Assembly: GCF_001447785.1 (NCBI RefSeq)
Contig: NW_015169845.1
Span: 118,872 to 182,871, forward strand
Length of the DNA: 64,000 nucleotides
DNA from: Gekko japonicus
Lineage: Eukaryota
Direction: 5' to 3'
Under the pieces are notes generated by a model. The model did not search any database and was not told the origin of the DNA. It saw only the letters and a list, made by a program, of their open reading frames with translations. Each line of letters opens with the position of its first letter. The first letter of the stretch is position 1. Both the position numbers and the translations under genes were made by a program. Below are positions 24,494 to 36,751 of the stretch, piece by piece.

Positions 24494-25051
24494 CCCATGA
24501 GTCTTGGGGTGGGGGCGGTTACAAATGCCCCTGATACGTTCCAGATTTCTGTGAAACCTGAAATGTGCCCTGTGAACTCTGGAGCTCAAATGATTACAGC
24601 ATCCCTCATGGATCAGACCCAAACCCCAGGCATGCCAGTTTCCTGCCAGATGGGCCCTTCCACCACCCATGCTCCCTTCAATCTGGACTGGAAGGGGGAA
24701 AAGAGGGGCCGGAAATCACATTGAATGACATGCTGTCAGAACATCCAGCCCCAAACTTGGATGTGATTTTAGTGCATCAGTTGATGTTCCGTACTACCAA
24801 TGGGGTTCCAGGGCGTCTGCTGATACTCTGACTTCACATCCAGGTATCTGGCCGGACAAGCAATCAGGAAGACATCATGCCCACCCCATGCTCTGCCCTC
24901 AAAACTTATGGTAGGCCAGAGTCCTCTTTCTGATTCTGGCCTGCAAAAGGCCTTGGAAACCCCTTAAGCAGGGTCCAAGAAGCCTAATTATTGGCCTCTG
25001 GCAAAGAGATTTCAGAGGTATAATGTCCCAAAATATGTGTGCATGTGTGTG

Positions 25052-25250
25052 TGTAAAATGCCATCAAGTCACAACTGACTTATGGGGCTCCCAAACCTAT
25101 ACAAGGCAAGAGACGTTCAGGGGTAGTATGCCATTGCCTGCCTCTGCATAGCAACTCTGGTGGTCTCCCATCCAAGTACGGACCAGGGCTGGCCCCGCTT
25201 AGCTTCTGAGACCTGATGAGGTCGGGCTCTCCAGGGCCACCCAGCTCAGG
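25052..25250 (-). mobile_element. 5S rRNA-derived SINE
   Basis: Reverse strand carries a degenerate 5S segment (AGCCCGA..GAAGCTAAGCGGGG..GTACTTGGATGGGAGACC) fused to a non-5S tail ending in (CA)n. Confidence 0.7.
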
Positions 25251-25553
25251 GGAACATGGGAGGTTCCATTCATTCATTCACCAGGGCTAAGAGCTGCACC
25301 CACATTTGTCTTCCTTTCCTTTTTTAAAGCCACCTTGAGTCTCTTGAATGGAAGGAAATTCAGATACAACTATTTTAATTCATGTAAATAGGAATGCAAC
25401 GGCCTTCCATGAATCTGTCTACTCCCCCTGCAGGTGAGTGGTCATCACTACATCCTGGGGCACTAAGTCCCAGAAGTCCCTTCTGCATAGTGAGCAGAAG
25501 TATTTCCTTTTTCTCCTGTCCCAAACCTTCCGCCCAACCACTTGACTAGATGC

Positions 25554-25759
25554 CAGTGTTCCCTCTAAGCTGAGTTGGTGTGAGCTAGCTCACAGTTTCT
25601 TAGCCTCCAGCTCACACATTTCTGTCTTAGCTCAGGAAAAATGGCTCCGGAGCAAAGTAATTTATGCAGTAGCCAAATCGCTCGCTCACAACTTTAATGC
25701 CAGTAGCTCATCAAGCAGGATTTTTGCACACAAGACTCCACAGCTTAGAGGGAACATTG
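25554..25759. mobile_element. hAT-type MITE (CAGTGTTCCCTCTAAG family)
   Basis: TIRs and TSD CTAGATGC/CTAGACGC; 35 bp from the exon 2 donor; absent in gene A. Confidence 0.88.
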
Positions 25760-25793
25760 CTAGACGCCCTGATTTTATCCAGACCGGAGGTAC

Positions 25794-25914
25794 CTTTTCC
25801 ACTTGACAGGGCATCTTGGGCAGGCTTCCGGGCCTGCGCCCTTTGACCTTCCTCTGATGGAGCTCCTCCTGCCTCAGAGAGCTTCACTTCCACCTTGACA
25901 GCTGGTCCCCACAT
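25794..25914 (-). CDS. Gene B post-SCAN exon (MWGPAVKVEVKLSEAGG...SSGK)
   Basis: 121 bp, gtttcag/gtacct, phase 0 to 1. Confidence 0.8.
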
Positions 25915-26155
25915 CTGAAACAGCAGTAAGGGAGACGAGTGAGAGAAGAAATGGAAGAGGCTGAGGAGACGGACCCTGCCCCACTCCCAGACTCCTCATC
26001 CCTCCATCGACCAGCAGAGCTGGTTCAGCCACAGGGCCAAGAATGAGGGCTGGGGTTTCTTCCCAGCCTAGTGAATCCTCTAAAGGGAGAAATACCTGGC
26101 AGGGAAGCCTTACGACAAGGTCCTTGCTGGAAATGAGCGAAGGACACTCCCTCAC

Positions 26156-26578
26156 CTGCTCTGCCTGCCTCTTCTCCTCGGCCTGACTCAGGAGGAAACC
26201 TTCGGCCAGGGCCACAGCCTGGGAACTGCTCTCCGGCTCGCATCCCCTCACCCAGCCCTGCATCTCCTGGGGCAGGATGGCCAGGAACTGCTCCAGGATC
26301 ACCAGGTCCAGGATCTGCTTCTTGGTGCGCCTCTCGGGCTTCAGCCAGTGGCTGCAGAGTCCATGGAGCTGGCTGCAAACCTCTCGGGGTCCATCGGCCT
26401 CATCGTAGCGGAACTGCCGGAAATGTCGGTTGTGAACATCAGCCGTCACCGTGTCCTGAGAGAGGATCTCTGGCACAGCTCTCTCCCAGTATTCAACACC
26501 ACTCCCGGCCTGGGTGGGATGGTGACTTTTCCTTGATCTCTTGCCGATTCCAGGTCCCTCTGGGTCCTCCTCTTCCAT
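26156..26578 (-). CDS. Gene B SCAN exon (first coding exon)
   Basis: 141 codons, SCAN motif ([38 protein letters not shown]), donor gtgagg. Confidence 0.94.
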
Positions 26579-27519
26579 CCTCTTCCCCTTCTCTTGGGTC
26601 TTTCTGACTGTGGAAAAATACCCGTACTCACGTGGCTACAAAGAGGAAGAGGAAAGGAAAGCCAGAAAGAAACCAAAAGAGAATGGAGCTACATCACTAT
26701 CCCTGGTCAAGAGACACTGAAGGGTGGGCCTGGTGCATCAGAAGGAGCCTCATTGTTGCAGTTTTTGGATCAGGATTTCTGTCATTGTGCTATATTATGT
26801 ATCAAGCTTTGTTAGATTATGCCTGTTTGGTCTTTCAGGAAAGTAAACCCTCTCTGTTTGGCTCTTTAAAAGCCTTTGCAGGTGATATGATCTTGGCTTT
26901 AGATGACCAGGGAATCAGTCTGTCCTGGGGGCTACATCTCAATGTAAACTGGAACCCTGGATGAACGGGAGCGGGGGGGGCAGTGAACCCCCAGGGGAAA
27001 GGTCAGTTGGGGGGGGCTGGCTCAAATGCCTGGCGTGTCAAAGAGCCGACTGGCATGAAGGATTCCTCCCCTCCTGATCAGGCGCGGGACTCCTTTCTGG
27101 GCCTCCCTAAAGACCTTCCTGGCTGAGAATTTGATTTTATTTACAAAGTTCAGATCCCACCTCTCTGTCCCCACAAGGCAGCTAACTAATTAAAACATAC
27201 CTCAGAAAATTACACTGTGAAATTATTCAAAGCCCCTGGGAGTAATTGAGACCTTGTGTTAAGCTTGAGAAGAGATGGATGGAACCTAACAACAGGGTCT
27301 CAGTCAATTACTCTCAGCTTACTACAATTAAGAAGGGTACATCTGCACCATATATTTATTTTCTTAACCATCCCCCCCCCAATCAAACCCAATCAAATGG
27401 TAATCATAAAAACCAAGCCTGTTATTCCTTGTTTGGTCCTGGAATCTGTTAAACATCTTCGGTATGCTAATGTGCTGCTCACCCTCTAGCTATATGGATG
27501 GACTGGTAACTTCCATTCC

Positions 27520-27625
27520 AGTGTATCTGAAGCAGTGTGCAAGCACACGAAAGGTTATACCTTGAATTTAAAAAATTTCGTTGGTCTGAAAGGTGCCGCT
27601 GACTCTGTTCTTCTGCTTCAGACGA
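27520..27625 (+). mobile_element. Penelope-like remnant with degenerate hammerhead ribozyme
   Basis: GTAT-CTGAAGCA-GTGTG CAAG CACAC-GAAA-GGTTA-TAC. Confidence 0.55.
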
Positions 27626-27710
27626 ACCCAGCAGCAGCTCCCCACCTGAATCTATACATGCGAGCCAACATTCATCTTTTCCAATATTTAAGAGCTTATT
27701 CTCCCCCCTT

Positions 27711-28058
27711 GGAGCTGCGGTGGTGGCTCAAGTGGTTAAGACGCTGAACTGCAGGCTGTGGAAGGTTGGTAGTTCAGCAGTTCGAGACCTGAGTTGCCAC
27801 ATGACGGAGTGAGCTCCCGTCTCTAGTTCCAGCTCCTGCCAACCTAGCAGTTCGAAAGCAAGAAATTGCAAGTAGATAAATAGGTACCACTTCGGTGGGA
27901 AGGTAACAGCGTTCCATGCGCCTTGGTGTTTAGTCATGCCGACCACATGACCACAGAAACGTCTTCGGACAGCGCTGGCTCTTCGGCTTTGAAACGGAGT
28001 TGAGCACTGCAACCCTAGAGTCGGACTCGTTTGGAGCAAGGGAACCTTTATCTTTTAC
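27711..28058 (+). mobile_element. Sauria SINE, near full length
   Basis: tRNA-like head, CCTGCCAACCTAGCAGTTCGAAAGCA core and ACCTTT-type tail; absent in the paralog near 7200. Confidence 0.88.
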
Positions 28059-28136
28059 CTCCCCACTCCTCCGTGTCTTACTTGTGAGTAAACCTTCCCA
28101 GAATCCGGCTGTAAGGCTCCCCCCGCCCGCTGTTAC

Positions 28137-28450
28137 CTGTCTGAAGCCCCTCCGGTTCTCTTTGGCGATTCAGAAGCAAACCCCTCCAACACCCCCCCCA
28201 ACCAGGAAATGAGGCGTTCCATTTTCCCGTCCCCCGTCCTTGCTTGGCCTTTCTAGCAAGCAGTTCCGTTGGTTTAACTCTTTCAGTGCTGCAAGCGAAT
28301 GAAGAACGCTTTTCGTCCTTTCCCTGAGGAGCAGCGCCCAGACCTGCTCAGAGCGGACTTCAGCCAGGCTGCCGTCCCTCAATGGGGCTGCTCGGGAGTA
28401 ACTCTGCATAGCAGGGCTACGCTCTTGGGGCATCCAGTGCTGTTCAGCCA
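28137..28450 (-). promoter_or_regulatory. Putative promoter / non-coding first exon of gene B
   Basis: CpG-enriched, paralogous to 7268-7560, conserved donor. Confidence 0.4.
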
Positions 28451-28997
28451 TCTCCGAAAATGGGATGATTGAACACACATCCCACTTAGGGATGTCGGCC
28501 TCCAAGTGGGACGTGAGGATCCCCTGGAATTACAGCTCATCTTCAGACTACAGAGATAAGTTCCCCTTTGTGGAGGCAGGATTTGGTAGTCTCCAGGCAG
28601 GAGGCTGGCAACCCCTGGTCTGAACCTCTCCTCCATCTGCAAAAGCAGAAGCTGTATATCAGACAATGAGCTTTGGGGTAGAACAAAGGCTGTTTCAAGG
28701 GGGGGCTGTGTGTTTATTCCCATTCTTTGTTGTGTGCTTCCTTGAAGACCAGCTAGGCTGGCTGGGATTCTGAAGGCTGAATCCAGAAGGGAAACGTGTA
28801 GCAGCTAAAGAATGTTACAGATATCTGGAAAAAAATATAGAATAGCAATGCTGAATGAGTTTTCTAACAGGAGAAAATCAGCTGAGGGGCATTGATATAG
28901 ATACCTCAGAATGAGGGTGCCTATAGGAATCAATGGATTGGGTTATTAAACTTATGACTATAGAAAAGGTATTTAAGGTTCTAGTAAATCTTATTTC

Positions 28998-29216
28998 TCC
29001 TGCCAACCTAGCAGTTCGAAAGCAAGAAATTGCAAGTAGATAAATAGGGACCACTTCGGTGGGAAGGTAACAGCGTTCCGTGCGCCTTGGTGTTTAGTCA
29101 TGCTGGCCACGGAAACGTCTTCGGACAGCGCTGGCTCTCCGGCTTTGAAACGGAGATGAGCACCGCAACCCTAGAGTCGGATTCGACTGGCTTTCGAGCA
29201 AGGGGACCTTTACCTT
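28998..29216 (+). mobile_element. 5'-truncated Sauria SINE
   Basis: Matches the 3' part of the 27711 copy; 13-bp TSD TAAATCTTATTTC. Confidence 0.88.
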
Positions 29217-29643
29217 TAAATCTTATTTCAGGCCTTCCTGCCGTGATTGCTGGGGACTTTGTGCAAAAATAAAGCATTTCTTTCCTGATCACTCTGTACC
29301 ACACCGGGGAGAAAAGGGATGCTTTTGGAAGATGGACTTTCTCCCCCACACTGAGGTATACCCATAGCAGAGGGAGTTTTCTAAATAGTGAATTGGAAGG
29401 AATCCACCAAAAGGGAATGGATTACAAAACCCCACAGATACTGGCCTGGACATCATATTCAGCTGTTTCTCAGGCTCCCGAGTTTTCAAGCACAGCTTCC
29501 TACAACAGCAATATAGCTTAGACTTTTGAGCTTCTTCCCCCTTTATTTTAAAAAAATTAGGCCTTGTGGGCCTCACTAGGTATAGTTACCATACTCCAGG
29601 TGGGTCCTGGAGATCTCCAGGAATTACAATTGACCCCCAGACT

Positions 29644-30124
29644 ACAGAGATTCGTCTGGCACATGCAGAAAATGACAGCTTTGGAGGGTGGACTCTATGA
29701 TATCACATCCCTGCATAGGCTCTTGTGTTCCCCAAGCTTCATTCCCCAAATCTCTGGAATTTTCCAGCCTGCTGTCCATGGCCTTCCCATCAGGACTCTC
29801 ACTGCCACATTCTGGATCAGCTGAAGTTTCTGGGTCAGGCATGAAGCCATAAGGATATTGGGATTATAGCGTTGCCTGCGGTAGGAAAGTACTCAAAGAC
29901 CGACACCACATCCTGACTTCCAAAGGCTTCTCCCAGCATAACAGCTGATCTACACTCTCCATCACCTACACACAATTAAGAATCTCAAATCTAGGCTTCT
30001 CTCAAGGTGAAGCAAAAGAGTCCAACAAGGGCCAGATAACGTGGGGGTGAGGTGTGGCTGTTCGCCCCGGAGCAAAGTAACGTGCGGCAGCCCGATCACG
30101 TCCCATGGAGGTCCCGTGGGTATG
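29644..30124. repeat. About 480-bp near-identical duplicate of 32131-32618
   Basis: Base-for-base match over most of its length; contains MITE, L2 and Harbinger-like pieces. Confidence 0.92.
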
Positions 30125-30324
30125 TCAGACGCCCGCCCTTGCCCCGCGTTTTCCGGAAACTAGTACATCGTATGTGGTAGTTTTTTACTCTGCATCTTCG
30201 GCGAGAAGCCATGGGCTAGCCACGGGTGCATTACGCTTCCCAGATGTTGCGGTGTGATCCTGCCCAGAAAATCCACCTATCATCCGTATCTTTAGCGCGG
30301 CAAATGCTCCGTGTGAACAGGGCC
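30016..30324. mobile_element. Internally deleted CpG-rich non-autonomous DNA element (Harbinger-like)
   Basis: Reverse complement of both ends of the 41536-42240 element; terminus CCGTGTGAACAGGGCC. Confidence 0.6.
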
Positions 30325-30390
30325 AAGGTAGGACAGAGGGATAGGTGTATGTATCCACGATCTCTCCCATTCATGTGTAAAGTAGGGAAA

Positions 30391-30474
30391 NNNNNNNNNN
30401 NNNNNNNNNNNNNNNNNNNNNNNNNNNNNNNNNNNNNNNNNNNNNNNNNNNNNNNNNNNNNNNNNNNNNNNNNN
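30391..30474. other. Assembly gap
   Basis: Run of N. Confidence 1.
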
Positions 30475-30944
30475 CATTTTGTTCAAAAACAACCTCCCCC
30501 CCCCACCCCCCCGCCAATCTCACTTCTGGTATTGGAGCGGGACTGAGAAAAATGAGGTTCAACCAGTGCGGCTTAGTGAGATATGGTAAGGAAGGAGGCA
30601 GGAATTTGGTCCTCTCATCTGTTTACACCCTTTTTAATAATATCTGGACCCCCTCACCTCCACTTTACACCTGAACTGGAGGATGTGAATAAATGCAGAT
30701 GGATTTCATGGTCATGCCAAGCTGGGTTTTTTTAGTTACCATGGACCTGATTTGATAGCTTTACCATGCAATATTAGGCATAATTACCCCCTTATAAAAG
30801 CCAGAGTAGACATAACAGTGACCATGGGTCTAACCTTGTGACTGCTGATGCCATTTTAGGGAGGATTTTGGCCATTAAAATGTGAGTGGGGGGATTTTAT
30901 TCCCCCACACACACCTTTGCAAGATCCAAAAAAGCCCCCATACG

Positions 30945-33150
30945 GCTCCGAAGACAGCACTCAGATCCATCTCCTCCTAAGGAATGAAGGCATCCAAGAG
31001 ACAGCAGTAGGAAAGGGTGGATGTGCTTTCGGCCTTGTCCAGCAGGGGTGTTCTTAGGTAACGCTCCCTCCCCTCGGAAAATCCAGCATTTCAGGAGAGT
31101 GCAGGCCCTCAACAGCCACAGCTGAGCTCAGCCCCAGAACGAGCTCCTGAATCTCCCCATCCCAGCCCCAGAAGGCCTCCCTCCCTCCTAACCTAGCGGG
31201 CTTGAACATTCCACCAAAACAAGAGTTGCCCAGATGGGAAGAGGAAAGGTCCCCTTGCTACCCCTGGCCCATTCCCTTGACCTAACCACGAAGGAAACTC
31301 ATCAGCAGGCAGCTCAAGTGGGAAAGAAAGAGTCCTTGAGACCTCCCTGAGAAACTCTCCAGCCATTCTTCTTTGCTCTCCACCGTTGTCCCTCTTACAT
31401 TCCTGGCTTCTTTGGCAGAGAGAGACAGAAAGTGATCATTCTTATATGGGGAAGGAAAGAAATCCAAGGAAGAGGAAAAATTCATCTGGAAGGATGGAAC
31501 CATGGTCAAAATCAAAGCCCCAAATCCCGATCAGTATAAAGGAGATGGATCCTTTCCTGATCACGGTCAGGCAAGGGCATGTGGTAGAGGTTGGCCACTG
31601 AGAAATTGGGATCTGGCCCCTTCCAGAGTCTTTCTAGGGGCTTCTCAGCCCCACCTTGGCCACAGGCCAGGACACCCTCACTGGCTTGGGTGAGGGCCAC
31701 AGCACTGGCCTCAGTTGCCCCTGGATCAGCCAGGGGGCTTCGGTCACTCTCTCCAGCCATGCTGAACTTCGCTTTCACTGCCATCCCCAAGTCCTGGAGG
31801 CCCCCAGTAGGGGGCAAATAGTTGGGCAGGCCTCACAGCCACACTCTGCTTTTCAATATTTTGATTCATGCATCATCCCAATGGCAGCAATTGGCACCTA
31901 TGGAAGATCCTTACCCAGAGAGGCCACATTCCCATAGTTCTCCAGCATGAAATCCAAGAAGAAGAAGAAGAGGAGGAGGAGGAGGAGATTGGATTTATAC
32001 CCCACCCTTCACTACCCAAAGGTGTCTCAGAGCAGCTTACAAACTCCTTTCCCTTCCCCTCCCCACAACAGACACCCTGTGAGGTAGGTGGGGCTGAGAG
32101 AGATCTTGACAGAAACTGCTCTTTTTCAAGACAGAGATTCGTCTGGCACATGCAGAAAATGACAGCTTTGGAGGGTGGACTCTATGATATCACATCCCTG
32201 CATAGGCTCTTGTGTTCCCCAAGCTTCATTCCCCAAATCTCTGGAATTTTCCAGCCTGCTGTCCATGGCCTTCCCATCAGGACTCTCACTGCCACATTCT
32301 GGATCAGCTGAAGTTTCTGGGTCAGGCATGAAGCCATAAGGATATTGGGATTATAGCGTTGCCTGCGGTAGGAAAGTACTCAAAGACCGACACCACATCC
32401 TGACTTCCAAAGGCTTCTCCCAGCATAACAGCTGATCTACACTCTCCATCACCTACACACAATTAAGAATCTCAAATCTAGGCTTCTCTCAAGGTGAAGC
32501 AAAAGAGTCCAACAAGGGCCAGATAACGTGGGGGAGAGGTGTGGCTGTTCGCCCCGGAGCAAAGTAAAGTAACGTGCGGCAGCCCGATCACATGTCCCAT
32601 GGAGGTACCGTGGGTATGCCGTTAGGCTATGAGGGTCGGCCTCATAGTAGCAGAACTGCAGGAAACATCGGTTGCATATGTCTGCAGTCACTGTGTCCCG
32701 ATTGAGGATTTCTGGCCCAGCTTTTTCCCAGGATTCAACACCACTCCCAGCCTGGGTGGGATGGTGACTTTTCCTTGATCTCTTGCCTATTCCAGGTCCC
32801 TCTGGGTCCTCCTCTTCCATTCTCTTCCCCTTCGCTTGGGTCTTTCTGACTGTGGAAAAATACCCTTACTCAATCGGCTACAAAGAGGAAGAGGAAAGGA
32901 AATCAAAAAGCCAGAAAGAAATCAAAAGAGAATGGAGCTACATCACTATCCTTGGTCAAGAGACACTGAAGGGTGGGCCTGGTGCATCAGAAGGCGCCTC
33001 ATTGTTGCAGTTTTTGGATCAGGATTTCTGTCATTGTGCTATATTATGTATCAAGCTTTGTTAGATTATGCCTGTTTGGTCTTTCAGGAAAGTAAACCCT
33101 CTCTGTTTGGCTCTTTAAAAGCCTTTGCGGGTGATATGATCTTGGCTTTA
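30945..33150 (-). pseudogene. Locus C: rearranged partial paralog of genes A/B
   Basis: Intron homolog 30945-31914, KRAB 3' stub 31915-31950 ([11 protein letters not shown]) and 5' third of the SCAN exon 32636-32820. The intervening exons are missing. Confidence 0.85.
31956..32130 (-). mobile_element. Truncated tRNA-headed SINE abutting the KRAB stub
   Basis: (GAA)n(GAG)n tail and core matching the 20011 family. Confidence 0.8.
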
Positions 33151-33420
33151 GTGTTGTTTTTTACTATTGTATCATGTCATGAGCCTTTATGTACAGACAC
33201 TGTTGACCACTGAAGAAGACCAATTTGGGCCGAAATGCATCAGGTCGCAATAGTTCCCTTTTGTAAATGTCGTGTTTTTATGCTGTAATGAAGCCATAGT
33301 GGGGCCCATAAACGTTTTGAACCATTTGATAATAAATAATGTATTTCTGATCATATTTAGGTTTTACATATAGTTTTTAATTATTGACTCTACATTGCAG
33401 TTAACCTTTTTGGTTTTTGA
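33150..33420 (+). mobile_element. Penelope-like pseudo-LTR remnant with minimal hammerhead relic (33205-33246)
   Basis: GACC-A-CTGAAGA-AGACCAATTTGGGCC-GAAA-TGCATC-A-GGTC in AT-rich flanks. Confidence 0.55.
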
Positions 33421-33442
33421 TTCAGTTCTTTTGGGTTAAGTC

Positions 33443-33643
33443 CAGTGTTCCCTCTAAGATGAGTTGGTGTGAGCTAGCTCACAGTTTTTTAGCCTCCACC
33501 TCACAGATTTTTGTCTTAGCTCAGGAAGGAGGGCTCCAGAGCAAACTGATTTATGCAATAGCCAGATTGCTTGCTCACAGCTTTAATGCCAGTAGCTCAC
33601 AAAGTAGTAGTTTTGCTCACAGGACTCCACAGCTTAGAGGGAA
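33443..33643. mobile_element. hAT-type MITE (CAGTGTTCCCTCTAAG family)
   Basis: Left TIR intact; internal match to the other copies. Confidence 0.8.
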
Positions 33644-33689
33644 GTCTCCACCCCCATTTTTTTCTTTCTTGTAGTACATACCCTAATCT

Positions 33690-34160
33690 CCAGGTGTTTG
33701 TCAACCTGATCCTGCAGCTGGCAACACTCCCATCCCTGCCAATGGCCAGGGGGCACCTGGCAACCCTATGTCCACGGCCTCTGACTTGCAGCATCTCTGG
33801 CCAGCTGCCTATGGTTGCCAACTCCTGAGCAGAAAATACCTGAAGATTTTGTGGGTGGAGAGTAGGGTTGCCAGGTCTGGGTTGGAAAATACCTGGAGAC
33901 TTTGGGGGTGGATCTGGGAGAAGGCAGGGTTTGGGGAGGGGAGGGGCCTCGATGCCGCAGAGTCCACCCTTCAAAGCAGCCATTTTCTCCAGGGGAGCTG
34001 ATCTCTTGTCAGCTGGAAATCAGTTGTAAAAGCGGGAGATCCCCAGGCTCCACCTGGAGGTTGGCAACCCTACTGTCAAGTAGCCATTTCTGTCGCCGGG
34101 GGATCCGTTCGAATTCTGGGGGATTTGCAGTCCCCACTGGGAGGTTGGCAACCCTACCTG
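33690..34160. mobile_element. Nested/tandem TAGGGTTGCCA MITEs (complete copy about 33863-34073)
   Basis: TAGGGTTGCCA..TGGCAACCCTA termini. Confidence 0.7.
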
Positions 34161-34169
34161 AGCCACCCC

Positions 34170-35020
34170 ACCCCTTCAAGCGTCGCGGTTCCCTCTCATA
34201 AATCCCTCCTCCCAGCCCCACCCAAGAGCGTGGCTGAGGCTTCAGAGACAAAAACAAACAAACAAACCCCCAATGCATGCAAAAAGCAACAGCCGGCCCC
34301 TCTGCACCCAAGGTAAACATTCACCGCGTCCCTTTCCTGTGTTAAGAGATCTGATTCCTAGAAAGGCCGGGGAATTTGTATCGCTCTGCCTGTTTTTTCC
34401 TGTCCCTCCCCATGTAGCGGGGCTTGGGTAGAGGAGCCTTCTTTGGCCAGTCGTTCGGATCGCAGATTGCAAAGGAGAGACAGCCCCGACCCGACGGACT
34501 GTGTGGGCCGAAGAGGAGGTGAGCAAAGAGGGTTTAATGAGGCGGGGAGAGGAAAACGAGAACAAGCCAGCCAGCAGGACACGGGTGGCTGCTGGCCTGG
34601 GATGCCCCCCCCCCTCGCCCACCGCAACGCTTCCTGCCCTCAATCCTGCGGCTGATCTCTGCGCCCTGTCCCTCCCCTCCCTCCCGATCAACAATAGGGT
34701 CAAGAAATGCTGCCGCGCAGAGTGGCAGGAGAGAACATTGAGTGATCGGGACGCAGCCATGCGCAAAACAAAGAGAGCGCGCCACCCGTGTGCCAGGGAA
34801 GAGCCGCTGACAGATCTTTGCAGGCAGAGACGTCCATGCCGTTTTAGACGCCAATTCCAGACGCTTAGAGTGCCTGGGGGGATGACTGAAGCAAAAGCCT
34901 TGCCCGCCCTTGAGTGATTGGTCTGTTTCCCCAGAGCGCCCCTGTGCCCAGTTTTAACTTGGACCTCCTTTCTGTTACTTCTAAGCCTCCCTGTCATTGT
35001 CCGCCCCCTTATCATTCGTT
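34170..35020. promoter_or_regulatory. CpG-rich island, candidate promoter/first exon of gene D, divergent from locus C
   Basis: High GC and CpG, no recognisable TE ends, + strand donors AAG|gtaaac (about 34312) and GAG|gtgagc (about 34519). Confidence 0.45.
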
Positions 35021-35034
35021 CCCATGACGACAGA

Positions 35035-35590
35035 TCAAGGTGGGTAGCCCTGTTAGCCTGTCTGTAGTGATGGAAAAGAGCCAGAGTCCAGCAGCACCTT
35101 AAAGACTAACAAAATTTGTGGCAGGGGATGAGCTTTCCTGACTCACTTCTCACATATTCGGATATGGTTAGAATACGAGTCCATCTGTCCTTATGTCTTG
35201 GAGAGTGGAGTGATTTCAGATGCTGAATGGCAATAGCAGGCGAATGACAATTGCATGCGCAATAGGATTAGTGTGATATGCCGAGGGGTAGGAGTCATGG
35301 AGAAATCAGCATTGGTAATGAGACAGGAAACCTCCTGGACTGAATCAAGACCTAGGCTTCCTTTCTCATTACCAGTGCGGATTTCTCCACGCCTACTACC
35401 CCTCTGCATATCACACCTTTTTTAAATAATAATTTTTATTTTATTAGAAATACACAAATACAGATGTGAAGATGAAACATTTTGAAATAACACAATAAAA
35501 CCAACATATAAACTTTCAAATAAGATTTCCACATTGTCCAACATTGTTAGTCTTTAAGGTGCTACTGGACTCTTGGTCTTTTCTACTCTC
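35035..35590. mobile_element. Penelope-like element with inverted termini
   Basis: GAGTCCAGCAGCACCTTAAAGACTAACA and its inverse TGTTAGTCTTTAAGGTGCTACTGGACTC; internal inverted segment. Confidence 0.6.
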
Positions 35591-35999
35591 CATGATGTCA
35601 TTCCACCCAGCTCCTGTTTTGGCTCTCATCTTTCATACTAATTCTTTTCTTCTGCAACAACTGTATTGCAATTTTGTGCAATCTTGGCATCTGCGTTAAT
35701 GGGATCTCCTCTTCCCCTGCAGGTATCTCCCTGATACCTTCCCATCAGCCCTGATTTGTGACACTAAGTATGCTTCCCAAGATCTACAAAAATGTATTAT
35801 TTTTCCAAGTTAGTGTTTGTAAAGTGGCAATAGGCACTTTCTCCCTCAGGACCCAATCTGGCCCACAAGGGATTATTGTCTTCCCCCCATCACTTTCTCT
35901 AGTTCCATGGACTCTCTTCCCACTAGGTGATAAAGCACATGCTTTTTGTGGAGAGGGACTCTTATTGAGCAAGCTCCCTGAAGTGTTGGATATATTTGG

Positions 36000-36192
36000 A
36001 GAGGGGCTGTGGCTCCATGGAAGAGCCTCTGCTTTGCATGCAGAAGGTCTCAGGTTCAAATCCCCAGCATACCCAGTTAAATAAGCCAAGCAGTAAGTGA
36101 TGAGAAAGACCACAAAGAGTGGCTGCCAGTCCGAGTAGACAATACTGGCCTTGATTGACCAATGACATGATTCAGCAGAAGGCAGTTTCATG
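36000..36192 (+). mobile_element. tRNA-headed SINE with CR1-like 3' end
   Basis: GGGGCTGTGGCTC..GGTTCAAATCCCCAGCAT head and ..AAGGCAGTTTCATG tail; same family inverted at 43510, 44005 and 47915. Confidence 0.7.
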
Positions 36193-36751
36193 GGTGCGGG
36201 CGTCTATGCACTCCGTACACAGAGACACCATTGTGCCCCCTTTGCGGGACCCCTATTAGTGAGGGCTGAGTCATCCAGGGTCAGATTGGGGAGCAAATTT
36301 TCACCTCACTAGGACAGCTACATTGGGTGACCCTTAAATCTGATCGAATATGGAGAAATGTTTTCGAGCAGTCTACTCCCTCATGATCTGAGGTTTCTCC
36401 ATGTGGTTCTTCAGCAGGGAAGAGAAGTCATAATGTTGCTGTAGATCTCAAGCCACCAAGGAAATAAGAGAAGAACCTTAGTGTTTGTGATGCCAGAGTG
36501 GGACCTCATCATGATGGCAACTGGTTGTCTTTGGCCATTGTGGCCAAATAGCCATTGAAGCTACAACTGTTCTGGTGTAAGTATTGTTGTCCTTTTCTAA
36601 CTGCAATATGGGATCGTCTTCTTTCTTCCCTGGTGCACAAGCATCCAAGCTTAGTGTTTCAGATCAGGCATTATGCCATAACCACATATTTTAAACATGG
36701 ATTGTTATTGTCCCTCAGAGCTGCTATGAGTGTTTTCTCAAATGTAATTTG

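Noticed and set aside
25160-25240. 5S rRNA-like sequence (also at about 39790 and 50330)
   Set aside because: Partial, degenerate and fused to SINE tails; these are not 5S genes.
29770-29960. Minus-strand acceptor followed by an open frame (GDGECRSAV..)
   Set aside because: It runs into an L2-like peptide (TQKLQLIQNVAVRVL) and has no counterpart in the A/B gene models.
34242-35015. 257-aa minus-strand ORF
   Set aside because: Arg/Ala/Gly-rich with no motif; expected by chance in a GC-rich island.
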